Source: Bacteroidia bacterium (lineage in GTDB: Bacteria; Bacteroidota; Bacteroidia; Bacteroidales; JAPLDU01). Taken from it: 64,000 bases of DNA. The notes under the pieces were generated by a model. The model saw only the letters and a list, made by a program, of their open reading frames with translations, was not told where the DNA came from and did no database searches. Below are positions 34,440-43,825 of this stretch, one piece after another (position 1 is the stretch's first letter; each line of letters opens with the position of its first letter). The stretch spans positions 348-64,347 of the forward strand of contig JAPLDU010000087.1 of the NCBI GenBank assembly GCA_026391255.1, written 5' to 3'. The position numbers and the translations under genes are program-made.

Positions 34440-35761
34440 TCACTTAATAATATTTCATCATTTGTATCTTCGCTTTCATCCACTATCTCAGAGATTGAAA
34501 CAATAGGGACTATCTTTGATGCAAGCATAAACAGCATGCAAAAAACTGATACGCCCGCGCCGGTAAGGGATAGTTCCACCCAGGTGGGCTTATAAAGATT
34601 CCATGCAGGACGGATATCCTGGATGGGCAAATAAGGTGTTTCAAGTGTGGGAATAACAATGAGGTAACGGTTCACCCAAAGACCCAGTAATGCTATAACA
34701 GCCGCGATACTGATATTTCTGATAGTTCTCAGTCGTGGAAATCCAACCACAATCAGTGGTACAATGATCCCAATGTAGTTGGAAAAAATAAATAACCAGT
34801 AAAAATCGGAAAACAATTTATCTATCAGTATTTTATCCATTCTTACAGATCCATACCATTTGGTCAGGTAGTCGCTGAAGGTGAAATAACCATAAAAAGC
34901 AGCAACCACAAGCAACAACACGCCAACATTGATAAAATGTTTTTTTGTGATATATTCTTCAAGATGGTAAACTTTGCGGAAAATCCACATTAAAATAATT
35001 ACAACACCGGTACCGGAATACACGGCAGCAATAACAAAGTACGGTCCGAAAATGGTACTGTGCCAGCCGGGCTGAAGTGTAACACCGAAGATCCAGGCCA
35101 GCACGGAATAAACGATGATTGCAATGGCAATGATCATGGCCGCCATTACATTCTTTGAAAATTCAATAATGTGACGCTGGCTGGGAGTATCATAATATCC
35201 CAAGGCAAGGGTTTTGTAAATTTTCTTTCTTGATGGACTTACTTTAAGCCCATCGAAATCACGCAGTTTGGCAAAATCCTGGATAAACGACAAATAAAGA
35301 AAGATAAGACATCCGACAATATCGGTAGAAATTGCAATCACGTCCCAGGTAATCGGAGACTGAATTCTTGGATATAATATCAGATAACCAAGGCGGTCGA
35401 GTCTTCCGATGCAGAACAGGATGAAAACCGGGCCTATGAACAGCGAAATAACGGTTGTAAGTTCTGTGATCCTGATAATGGGTTTACGCCATTCTGCCTT
35501 AAAAAGATGAAGTACTCCGGAAATCAGGGCGCCTGCATAGCTCAGTCCCATAAAAAAAATAAAATTAACGATATATAAGCCCCACACAACATTATCCCGC
35601 ATCCCGGTGACAATATGACCTTTGGTGATCTGGGTGATAAGACCAAATATACCCAGTGCGAAAAAGGACAGGAAAACAGCAAACAGTAATTTCCATGATT
35701 TGCTGGTATTTTCAATCTCTGGGGTTAAAGCTTTAATATGTTTTTCAAGATTATTTGTCAT
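34436..35761 (-). CDS. NrfD/PsrC-family integral membrane quinone-interacting subunit
   Basis: 441 aa, about 10 TM helices, polytopic pattern typical of NrfD/PsrC/ActC. Overlaps the upstream FeS gene by 11 nt. Confidence 0.75.
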   Translation of the reverse strand: MTNNLEKHIKALTPEIENTSKSWKLLFAVFLSFFALGIFGLITQITKGHIVTGMRDNVVWGLYIVNFIFFMGLSYAGALISGVLHLFKAEWRKPIIRITELTTVISLFIGPVFILFCIGRLDRLGYLILYPRIQSPITWDVIAISTDIVGCLIFLYLSFIQDFAKLRDFDGLKVSPSRKKIYKTLALGYYDTPSQRHIIEFSKNVMAAMIIAIAIIVYSVLAWIFGVTLQPGWHSTIFGPYFVIAAVYSGTGVVIILMWIFRKVYHLEEYITKKHFINVGVLLLVVAAFYGYFTFSDYLTKWYGSVRMDKILIDKLFSDFYWLFIFSNYIGIIVPLIVVGFPRLRTIRNISIAAVIALLGLWVNRYLIVIPTLETPYLPIQDIRPAWNLYKPTWVELSLTGAGVSVFCMLFMLASKIVPIVSISEIVDESEDTNDEILLSE

Positions 35762-36722
35762 TTTTCAGCTTTTTTTGATTTTTCATATAAGGAGTGTTTT
35801 TATAACGTGCCAGTACCTTTTTGTCAAGATCATCAAGCCCGCTTTCAAAGGGGAAAAGTCTTTCGGTAGGTGGCAGGTAATACACGCTTGGTTCAGTTCC
35901 GAGTTGTTCAAGGTAACGGAATGCACTCCTGTCCTTTACCAGCTGGCTAAATGGGATGGTATCGGTACCGTTTGTCACGGTATCTTCAATGATATCGCCA
36001 AAGAAAATAACTCCCATCGGGCAGGCCTGTACGCAACGCGGAAGCTCATTTTTCCTGAGTAAGTCCGCGCAGAAAATACATTTACCAACGGTGCCTTCAA
36101 CTTGCGGAATTCCTGTTTCGGGAGAATATTTGACTTTCTTGTCCTCTTCAGAAACTTCCGGATCTTTCCAGTTAAAAACCCTGACAGAATAGGGACAGCC
36201 AGTCATGCAGAATTTACATCCGATACAGCGCCCGGAATCAATAAGAACAATACCATCACTCCTTTTATAAGTGGCTCCTACCGGGCAGACACTGGCACAC
36301 ATGGGGCTGTCGCAATGAAAACAGGGGCGGGGAAACCAGTATGGACTCTGTTTGGAGCTGTCCTGCATCAGGTACACTTTCATCCATTCATGATCACTGG
36401 GTAAATGATGTCCAACCTTACAGGCTTCAACACATTTCCGGGCATTTTTGCACCTGGAAAGATCAATGACCATCACAAACTTACGATGCGGAATTCCCTG
36501 GTGCGAAGCTTTGGGAGAAACATATTCTTTGCCCGCTTTAATACTGGCCTTGCTTATTTCAACTAATTTTCCGTCAGGAGTCAGCACTTTAATATTGCTC
36601 CCCGGATCATTTTCAGGGGTCTCGGAAAGGGCAGTCTTGATCATTGATCCGGTTACCAGTGTCCCTCCTGCCAAAAGTCCGAGCTTCAGAAAGTCCCTCC
36701 TGCTATTTTTGTTTTTACTCAT
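35751..36722 (-). CDS. Tat-exported four-cluster iron-sulfur protein (NrfC/HybA/PsrB-like)
   Basis: Twin-arginine signal SRRDFLKLGLLAGG. Four Cys groups, including CFHCDSPMCASVCP, CIGCKFCMTGCP and CIFCADLL...CVQACP. Confidence 0.85.
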   Translation of the reverse strand: MSKNKNSRRDFLKLGLLAGGTLVTGSMIKTALSETPENDPGSNIKVLTPDGKLVEISKASIKAGKEYVSPKASHQGIPHRKFVMVIDLSRCKNARKCVEACKVGHHLPSDHEWMKVYLMQDSSKQSPYWFPRPCFHCDSPMCASVCPVGATYKRSDGIVLIDSGRCIGCKFCMTGCPYSVRVFNWKDPEVSEEDKKVKYSPETGIPQVEGTVGKCIFCADLLRKNELPRCVQACPMGVIFFGDIIEDTVTNGTDTIPFSQLVKDRSAFRYLEQLGTEPSVYYLPPTERLFPFESGLDDLDKKVLARYKNTPYMKNQKKLKNDK

Positions 36723-36956
36723 TGATTATTATTATGTTAATATATTCCATGTTTTCACTTTATCCTCCCTCATCACGGTTATTTAAACTTCCACATCTTC
36801 CGGTTGGTCCGAATGAAATTTTAACCCTAAGAATAAAAGAAGAGGTCGCCCGGTAATTGTTTCGCCTGACAACCTCTCTGATCTGACCTAAAATTAGTGT
36901 TTGATAAAAGAGGAACGTAACGATAGATTATAAAAATTAAGTTAAAAACTGATTAA

Positions 36957-37150
36957 AGTCTGTCTTTAAAGTCAATAATACTGATTTAAGAATATCGATT
37001 ACTCACAAATATTTATTATTTTTTAAGGTGTTCATGAGATCGCTTCGCTAAGTTAACGAATTATGATTTTAGAAGTAGCTGATAATCTTAAATCTAAAAT
37101 CGTTAATCCTTGTTCTGAAATCAAAAGTACTGACATTATGGACAAAAACT
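36957..37150 (-). mobile_element. MITE-like element family 2, copy D (diverged, opposite orientation)
   Basis: Ends agtctgtctttaaagtc... and ...aatctaaaatcgttaatccttgttctgaaatcaaa...ggacaaaaac match the reverse complement of copies B and C. The centre has diverged. Confidence 0.65.
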
Positions 37151-37262
37151 AATTAATAATAAGATATTTATCAGTCGTCAAAGTAACTGAGCTTTTTACT
37201 TGTAACCATTAAAAATGACATGACAATTGAAAGTGATTTGCAATAAATATATCAGTCAAAAT

Positions 37263-37276
37263 ATGATTTAGATCAA
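37263..37276. promoter_or_regulatory. FNR/CRP-type palindrome candidate ATGAT-TTAG-ATCAA
   Basis: 9/10 match to TTGAT-N4-ATCAA, ~60 bp upstream of the second fnr-like ATG. Confidence 0.3.
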
Positions 37277-37336
37277 TAAAATTACGACTTATGTCATTAA
37301 TTCTTAATTTTGCAGAGTACTTTAGTATATCTGAAT

Positions 37337-38038
37337 ATGGTCGGAATTTTCAATAAAAAGGATTGTAATAATTGTGATGAATGCAACATAAAATCACCTA
37401 TATTCAGTATCCTGAATAGCAAAGATTCAGAGTTTTTGAATTTCGACAGGTATTCAGTAAGCTATAAACCAGGTGAGCTTATTTATAAACAGGGATCATC
37501 GTATACTCATTTAATTAATCTTACTTCAGGGCTCGTTAAACTTTACCTGGAAGGAAATCAGAAGGAACTGATTACCCGCATATGCAAACCCTTTGAAATC
37601 ATTGGAGGTTCCGGTGTGTACATCGATAATAAGCATCATAACTCTGCGGCAGCCATTACTGAAGTAAATGCCTGCTTTGTTGATGTGAAGCGGTTTAAAG
37701 AGATTATCAGAAAAAATGCGTTGTTTGCCGAGGAATATATTAAAATAATATCTGAAAGGAGATTGTATTCATTTGAACGACTGGGTAGCGTAATGCAGAA
37801 ACAAATGCCCGGTATTGTGGCAGAAGCAATCATTTATTTATCGGAAAAGATATTTGATTCTGCCCGGTTTGATATTCAGCTTTCCCGTCAGGAACTGGCC
37901 AATTATTGTGGCATTACTAAAGAGGGACTTATCAGGACCATGAAAGAATTTAAAGACGAAAAACTGATTACCCTTGAAGGAAATATTCTTGAAATTCTGG
38001 ATGGAAAAACACTACATAAAATAAGCGCTCTGGGTTAA
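37337..38038 (+). CDS. Crp/FNR family transcriptional regulator with N-terminal Cys triad (paralogue of 24768-25445)
   Basis: ATG at 37337. CNNCDEC (C-x2-C-x2-C) plus Cys in VNACFVDV. Shared blocks GL.K.YLEG and PFE.I.G.G.Y.D.KHH. HTH RQELANYCGITKEGLIRTMKEFKDE. Confidence 0.8.
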   Translation: MVGIFNKKDCNNCDECNIKSPIFSILNSKDSEFLNFDRYSVSYKPGELIYKQGSSYTHLINLTSGLVKLYLEGNQKELITRICKPFEIIGGSGVYIDNKHHNSAAAITEVNACFVDVKRFKEIIRKNALFAEEYIKIISERRLYSFERLGSVMQKQMPGIVAEAIIYLSEKIFDSARFDIQLSRQELANYCGITKEGLIRTMKEFKDEKLITLEGNILEILDGKTLHKISALG

Positions 38039-38201
38039 CTGCTCATGTGAGCAGGCTATCAGCTTTCAGGCTATAGACTGTGATGATTTGCGGAGATTAT
38101 TTTTTTATTAACAATACTGTTTTGTCAGTTCAAATCATTTATTTTTATCAGAGTTTATTTACTTTATTAATGATTTATAATTAATTGTATATTAAAACAT
38201 C

Positions 38202-41200
38202 ATGATCAACTTTACCCATCTTCATGTACATACCCAATATTCGATCCTTGACGGTGCATCGCCACTTGATAAACTGATAGCCAAGGCAAAAAAGGACGGA
38301 ATGACCGCACTTGCCATCACTGATCATGGTAACCTGTTCGGAGCAAAAGATTTTCACAAACTTGCAACAACAGCTGAGTTAAAACCCATCATCGGCTGTG
38401 AAGTATACGTGGCAAAAAACAGCCGTTTCTCGCGTTCTGATAAGGAAGACAGGGGCGATCACATGATCCTTCTGGCAAAGAACATGATTGGTTATAAGAA
38501 CCTGATCCGGATGATTTCCCTTGCCTGGATTGAAGGACAGTATTATAACCCGCGGGTTGACATGGAATTACTGCAGCGTTACCATGAAGGCATCATTTGC
38601 TCGACGGCCTGCATTGGCGGAGTAATTCCGCAACTGATACTGAAGAATGATGAAGCAAAGATTAAGGCTACCATCACTTTACTGAAAAACATATTTGGTG
38701 AGGATCTGTACTTTGAACTGATGCGTCATAAGACCGGGGATCCGGTGGTAGACCAGGATGTATATGCAAGACAGGAGATCATCAACAACAAACTACTGGA
38801 ATTATCTGCAGAATTTGACGTAAAATGCATTGCCACAAATGATGCTCACTTTATTGACGCTGAAGATGCTGAAGCACATGACAGGTTGATATGCATCAAT
38901 ACCGGTAAGGAAGTTGACGACCCCGACAGGATGTCATATACTAAGCAGGAATATTTAAAAACACAGGCTGAAATGAATGAACTCTTTGCCGATATTCCTG
39001 AAGCGCTTTCTAATACCTGTGAACTTGCGGAAAAAGTTGAAAATTACATATTGAAACAACCGCCGGTTATGCCGGATTTTAAAATACCGGATAACTTTTC
39101 TGATGGTGACGAATATCTGAGGTATATTGCATATGAGGGTGCTAAAACACGCTATCCGGAAATAACTGAACAAATAAGCCGTAGGATAGATGATGAGCTT
39201 GAAGTTATAAAGACGATGGGTTATCCGGGATATTTTCTGATCGTAAGGGAAGTATTGAATGAAGCAAGAAAAATGGGAGTTTCAGTGGGTCCGGGACGTG
39301 GTTCAGCCGCCGGATCTGTAGTGGCTTATTGCTTAAATATTACTAATATCGATCCTCTCAAGTACAACCTGCTGTTCGAGAGGTTCCTGAACCCCGACAG
39401 GGTTTCCCTGCCCGATATTGATATAGACTTTGATGAAGACGGCAGGGAAAAGGTGCTTAACTGGGTGGTGAATCAGTATGGATTTAACCGTGTGGCACAG
39501 ATTGTGACTTTTGGCACCATGGCAGCTAAAATGGCAATCAGGGATGTCGCCCGTGTGCAAAAGCTTCCTCTTAGCGAAGCAGACCGTTTGTCGAAATTAG
39601 TGCCTGAAAAACCTGGTACTACACTGCATTCAGCTTACAAAGAAGTGAAAGAGCTGAATGATGCAAGAAAATCTGATAATAAACTTGTAGCCGAGACTCT
39701 GAAATATGCTGAAATATTGGAAGGTTCGGTCAGACATACCGGCCTGCATGCCTGTGGTATCATTATCTGCCGTGACGAATTAATAGAACATATTCCTCTC
39801 TTTAAAACCAAAGAATCCGAATTGCTTGTTTCCCAGTATGAAGGAAAGATTATTGAAGAAGTAGGTATGTTGAAAATGGATTTTCTGGGACTAAAAACAT
39901 TGTCAATTATCAGCGATGCTGTCGAAAATATCAGGACATCCACGGGGAAGCTGATAGATATCGAAACCCTGCCACTGGATGACCCTGAAACCTATCATCT
40001 GTATAGTCACGGTGAAACTACCGGCCTTTTTCAGTTTGAATCGGATGGCATGAAGAAATATCTGAAGGAACTTAAACCCAACCGTTTTGAAGACCTGATC
40101 GCAATGAACGCTCTGTACAGGCCTGGTCCCATGGAATATATCCCCATGTTTATCAATCGTAAGCATGGTAAGGAAAAGATCAATTATGATTTTCCGGTCA
40201 TGGCCGAATATCTTGAAGAAACTTATGGTGTAACAGTTTATCAGGAACAGGTGATGCTTCTCTCACAGGCGTTGGCTAACTTTACTAAGGGAGAAGCTGA
40301 TAGTTTACGTAAGGCGATGGGAAAGAAGGATTTTGATCTTATGACCAAAATGAGGGAAAAATTCCTGAGTGGTTGTAAAGCTAATAACCTGGAAGAATCC
40401 AGGGTTCTGAAAGTCTGGAACGACTGGGAAAAATTTGCGGAATATGCTTTTAATAAATCACACTCTACATGTTATTCATTGGTCTCCTATCAGACAGGAT
40501 GGCTGAAAGCCCATTACCCGGCTCAGTTCATGGCCGCAGTGCTAAGTCGTAATCTCAGTGATATTAAAAGTATTACCAAGTATATGGATGAATGCAAAAG
40601 GATGGGTTTACTGGTACTTGGCCCAGATGTAAATGAAAGTTTCCTGAAATTCAATGTCAATAATAAAGGCCAGGTGCGATTCGGACTGGCAGCCATTAAA
40701 GGAGTGGGAGAGGCTGCTGTACTTAATATCATTGAGGAGAGGGACAAGGGTGGTACTTTCACCGATATTTTCAACTTCGTGGAGCGTGTAAATCTCAGGT
40801 CAATCAATAAAAGAACGATGGAAGCACTGGCATTGGCCGGCGCTTTCGATAGTTTTAACAATGTGAAGCGACACCAGTACTTTGTTCCTTCCGGTAACGA
40901 ATTTTCTTTTATTGAAACACTCATCAGGTACGGCACAAAAGTACAGGAAGAAAGAAATGCACCGCAGCAATCCCTGTTTGGACTTACTTCAAGCATGGTA
41001 ATTTCAAAGCCTGATATACCAGTGGCTGAAGAATGGTCTGATTTTGAGAAACTGAATAAAGAAAGAGAACTGATTGGCATCTATCTATCTGCCCACCCTC
41101 TTGATAAATTCAAACTTGAAGTAAAAAGCCTGAATCCTTATTCGTTAGATGATCTGTCTAATCTTGAACCACTTACAGGAAAGAAAGTTATAATTGCGGG

Positions 41201-41705
41201 AATTGTGAAAAATTTCAAGACAGGTACAACAAGGAACGGTAATCCATATGGCTCAATTATGCTCGAGGATTACAGAGGATCATACACTTTGATGCTTTAT
41301 GGAAACGATTATGTAAATCACAGCAAATACTTTGTAAAAGGATATTCACTGATTGTAAGAGGTAAGGTCCAGTACAGACAATCATATGGGAAACAGGACA
41401 ATTCGATAAAAGAACTGGAATTCAGAATTGAAAATATCGAAATGTTATCAGAATATAGAAAGAAAGTCAGGAAAATCAGACTGGTATTATCATTGGACGA
41501 TATTGATGAAAACTTTGGGTCGAATCTTGTGACATTCACAGAATCAAACAAGGGGAATGTACTTATTGAGTTTAAAATTTATGAGCACCAGGAAAACCAG
41601 GAACCAAACATTGTTTTATTTTCAAGAAAATATAAAGTCTCCCTGAATGATGAAACGATTAGTTTTTTTGAGAAATACCCGGATATTAAAGTATATTTGA
41701 ATTAG
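38202..41705 (+). CDS. dnaE: DNA polymerase III alpha subunit
   Basis: PHP domain FTHLHVHTQYSILDG. Polymerase core motifs (GPGRGSAAGS, LPDIDIDF, LKMDFLGLKTL). 1167 aa. Confidence 0.95.
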   Translation: MINFTHLHVHTQYSILDGASPLDKLIAKAKKDGMTALAITDHGNLFGAKDFHKLATTAELKPIIGCEVYVAKNSRFSRSDKEDRGDHMILLAKNMIGYKNLIRMISLAWIEGQYYNPRVDMELLQRYHEGIICSTACIGGVIPQLILKNDEAKIKATITLLKNIFGEDLYFELMRHKTGDPVVDQDVYARQEIINNKLLELSAEFDVKCIATNDAHFIDAEDAEAHDRLICINTGKEVDDPDRMSYTKQEYLKTQAEMNELFADIPEALSNTCELAEKVENYILKQPPVMPDFKIPDNFSDGDEYLRYIAYEGAKTRYPEITEQISRRIDDELEVIKTMGYPGYFLIVREVLNEARKMGVSVGPGRGSAAGSVVAYCLNITNIDPLKYNLLFERFLNPDRVSLPDIDIDFDEDGREKVLNWVVNQYGFNRVAQIVTFGTMAAKMAIRDVARVQKLPLSEADRLSKLVPEKPGTTLHSAYKEVKELNDARKSDNKLVAETLKYAEILEGSVRHTGLHACGIIICRDELIEHIPLFKTKESELLVSQYEGKIIEEVGMLKMDFLGLKTLSIISDAVENIRTSTGKLIDIETLPLDDPETYHLYSHGETTGLFQFESDGMKKYLKELKPNRFEDLIAMNALYRPGPMEYIPMFINRKHGKEKINYDFPVMAEYLEETYGVTVYQEQVMLLSQALANFTKGEADSLRKAMGKKDFDLMTKMREKFLSGCKANNLEESRVLKVWNDWEKFAEYAFNKSHSTCYSLVSYQTGWLKAHYPAQFMAAVLSRNLSDIKSITKYMDECKRMGLLVLGPDVNESFLKFNVNNKGQVRFGLAAIKGVGEAAVLNIIEERDKGGTFTDIFNFVERVNLRSINKRTMEALALAGAFDSFNNVKRHQYFVPSGNEFSFIETLIRYGTKVQEERNAPQQSLFGLTSSMVISKPDIPVAEEWSDFEKLNKERELIGIYLSAHPLDKFKLEVKSLNPYSLDDLSNLEPLTGKKVIIAGIVKNFKTGTTRNGNPYGSIMLEDYRGSYTLMLYGNDYVNHSKYFVKGYSLIVRGKVQYRQSYGKQDNSIKELEFRIENIEMLSEYRKKVRKIRLVLSLDDIDENFGSNLVTFTESNKGNVLIEFKIYEHQENQEPNIVLFSRKYKVSLNDETISFFEKYPDIKVYLN

Positions 41706-41751
41706 TGTAACTAATCAGTTATATAGGCAGTAGGCCATTATAATACATAAC

Positions 41752-41790
41752 AAGTATCAAGTATCAGGTATCAAGTATCAGGAATATCAG
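41752..41790 (+). repeat. Heptamer array (ATCAAGT/ATCAGGT x5), locus 6, directly abutting MITE family 1 copy 3
   Basis: aagtatcaagtatcaggtatcaagtatcaggaatatcag. Confidence 0.85.
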
Positions 41791-41804
41791 AGAAAGATAA
41801 TTTT

Positions 41805-42000
41805 CCCAATCTGGCCAAGCCTGAACCAAACAAAAAATCACAAATCTCAAAATACAAATAACAAATAAAATCAAACAGTAAAATTACAAATTCAAAGTAG
41901 TTTGTTTCGTATTTGAAATTTTTATATTGTTTATTATTTGTTTTTTGTGATTTGTATTTTGTAATTTTTTGCCAAAACTCGTCAAGATAACAGAAATAAG
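41805..42000 (-). mobile_element. MITE-like element family 1, copy 3 (reverse orientation)
   Basis: The reverse complement begins cttatttctgttatcttgacgagttttggcaaaaaatt and ends gagatttgtgattttttgtttggttcaggcttggccagattggg. Confidence 0.85.
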
Positions 42001-42216
42001 TTCATAAGAACCTTGCAGTCATTAATCTACACAACCTAACGGGTACCAATCAGAACTTATCATAATGACTTGGCTGCCGGGAAACACATTTTTTTCAAAC
42101 AAAAGACCCTTCGATGTTATATTAAATAATCTATCTTTGCTGCAATATTATGATGAAATAATATATTGTCTATAATTAACAGGATCAGAACATTACTAAT
42201 ATTTAATTTGTACAAT

Positions 42217-42534
42217 ATGACAATAGATGTAAATGATGCTAATTTTGAGCAAACGGTACTATCGGCTGATAAACCTGTTTTGCTGGATTTCTGGGCAGAA
42301 TGGTGCGGACCATGCAGAATGATCACTCCGATTGTTCACGAACTGGCCGATGATTATGAAGGCCGCGCAGTTATGGGTAAAGTTGATGTTGACAGCAATC
42401 CCGGGATAGTCGGAAAGTATGGAATCAGAAATATTCCGACCATTCTTTTTTTTAAGGGTGGACAGGTTGTAGACAAACAGGTAGGAGCTGTTCCAAAGGT
42501 TCAGTTATCAAAAAAAATTGACGCACTTTTATAA
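42217..42534 (+). CDS. trxA: Thioredoxin
   Basis: WAEWCGPC active site. ~105 aa from the ATG at 42217 (the track ORF has an N-terminal extension). Confidence 0.9.
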   Translation: MTIDVNDANFEQTVLSADKPVLLDFWAEWCGPCRMITPIVHELADDYEGRAVMGKVDVDSNPGIVGKYGIRNIPTILFFKGGQVVDKQVGAVPKVQLSKKIDALL

Positions 42535-42562
42535 TTTTAGCGATTTTATAAAGTTTTATAAG

Positions 42563-42595
42563 GCACCTGTTTTAAACAGGTGCTTTATTTTTTTA
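42563..42595 (+). terminator. Rho-independent terminator after trxA
   Basis: Perfect palindrome gcacctgttt/aaacaggtgc followed by tttattttttt. Confidence 0.7.
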
Positions 42596-42596
42596 T

Positions 42597-43520
42597 ATGA
42601 ACGGAATATTTGACATACAACAACTACAACAATTTGATAACCTTGAATTCATTGCCCGCGAGGTGGTGGAAGGATTCATCACCGGTCTTCACAAAAGCCC
42701 TTTTCATGGATTTTCCGTTGAATTTGCCGAACACAGGCTTTATAACAGCGGTGAGTCAACCCGCCATATAGACTGGAAACTGTATGCCAGGACTGAGAGA
42801 CTGTACGTAAAAAGATATGAGGAAGAAACCAATTTGAGGAGTCATATTGTCATTGATAACTCGTCGTCTATGCTCTTTCCGCAGACCGATAATATAACTC
42901 AGACAAAACTGGCTTTTTCGGTCTATTGTGCAGCTTCTCTTATTTACCTTTTAAGGAAGCAAAGGGATGCCGTAGGACTTACATTATTTTCCGATGATAT
43001 AGAAATTTCGACCCAGGCGAAGCTGGCTGCAGTGCATGCCAAATTGTTATATGCCGAGTTGAACAGGCTGCTCAACTCCGACCAGTCTGAACAGAGAAAA
43101 TCAACCAATGCACCAAAGGTACTGCATTATCTGGCTGAAAATCTTCATAAACGCTCACTTATCATCATTTTCAGCGATATGCTCGATAACGGGGATCCTG
43201 AAGACATTTTTTCTGCATTACAGCATCTGAGGCACAACAAGCATGAGGTAATACTGTTTCATGTTACCGATCATAAAAGAGAAAAGGAATTTGATTATAA
43301 TAATATTCCGCATAAGTTCATTGATCTGGAGACAGGAAATGAAGTGAAATTCAATCCCAATGATGTGAGGGAATTTTATACTGAATCAATGCGCAATTAT
43401 TTTAACAGCATCAAGCTGAAATGCGGTCAGTATCATATTGACCTCGTGGAAGCGGATACCAACGATGAATTCAGGAAAGTACTGCTTCCATTCCTCATCA
43501 AAAGGAGCAAGTATTTTTAA
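42597..43520 (+). CDS. DUF58 domain protein (vWA-like, MoxR/Bat-operon type)
   Basis: HKSPFHGFSVEFAEHRLYNSGESTRHIDWKLYARTERLYVKRYEEET is the characteristic DUF58 block. Confidence 0.8.
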   Translation: MNGIFDIQQLQQFDNLEFIAREVVEGFITGLHKSPFHGFSVEFAEHRLYNSGESTRHIDWKLYARTERLYVKRYEEETNLRSHIVIDNSSSMLFPQTDNITQTKLAFSVYCAASLIYLLRKQRDAVGLTLFSDDIEISTQAKLAAVHAKLLYAELNRLLNSDQSEQRKSTNAPKVLHYLAENLHKRSLIIIFSDMLDNGDPEDIFSALQHLRHNKHEVILFHVTDHKREKEFDYNNIPHKFIDLETGNEVKFNPNDVREFYTESMRNYFNSIKLKCGQYHIDLVEADTNDEFRKVLLPFLIKRSKYF

Positions 43521-43627
43521 ATACCTCTTAAATAATAACAATTAAGGTTATTGCACCATTAGCGATAATTTATTATCGCAAGCGATACAATAATAATTCC
43601 AAGAATTTAAACCACTAATTATTAGTA

Positions 43628-43825
43628 TCTTATTTTTGAAATCTTGACGCGTTTTGGCAAAAAATTCCAAAAAACAAAAAACAAATCACAAATAATAAAA
43701 AATATCAAAATTTCAAATACGAAACAAACAACTTGGAATTTGTCATTTTGTTGATTGATATTTATTTGTTATTTGTATTTTGAGATTTGTGATTTCTTGT
43801 TTGGTTCTGGCTCGTCCAGGTTAGG
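43628..43825 (+). mobile_element. MITE-like element family 1, copy 4; overlaps the 3' end of the SDR gene
   Basis: Same termini and core orientation as copy 1. The last ~19 codons and the stop of the 43769-44830 gene lie inside it. Confidence 0.85.

Noticed and set aside
32954-36722. Annotating the FeS/NrfD/cytochrome genes as canonical Alternative Complex III
   Set aside because: The FeS subunit has only 323 aa (no ActB1 pterin-like domain). No pentahaem ActA or ActF is present, and the extra subunit is much larger than ActD. It is kept only as ACIII-like.
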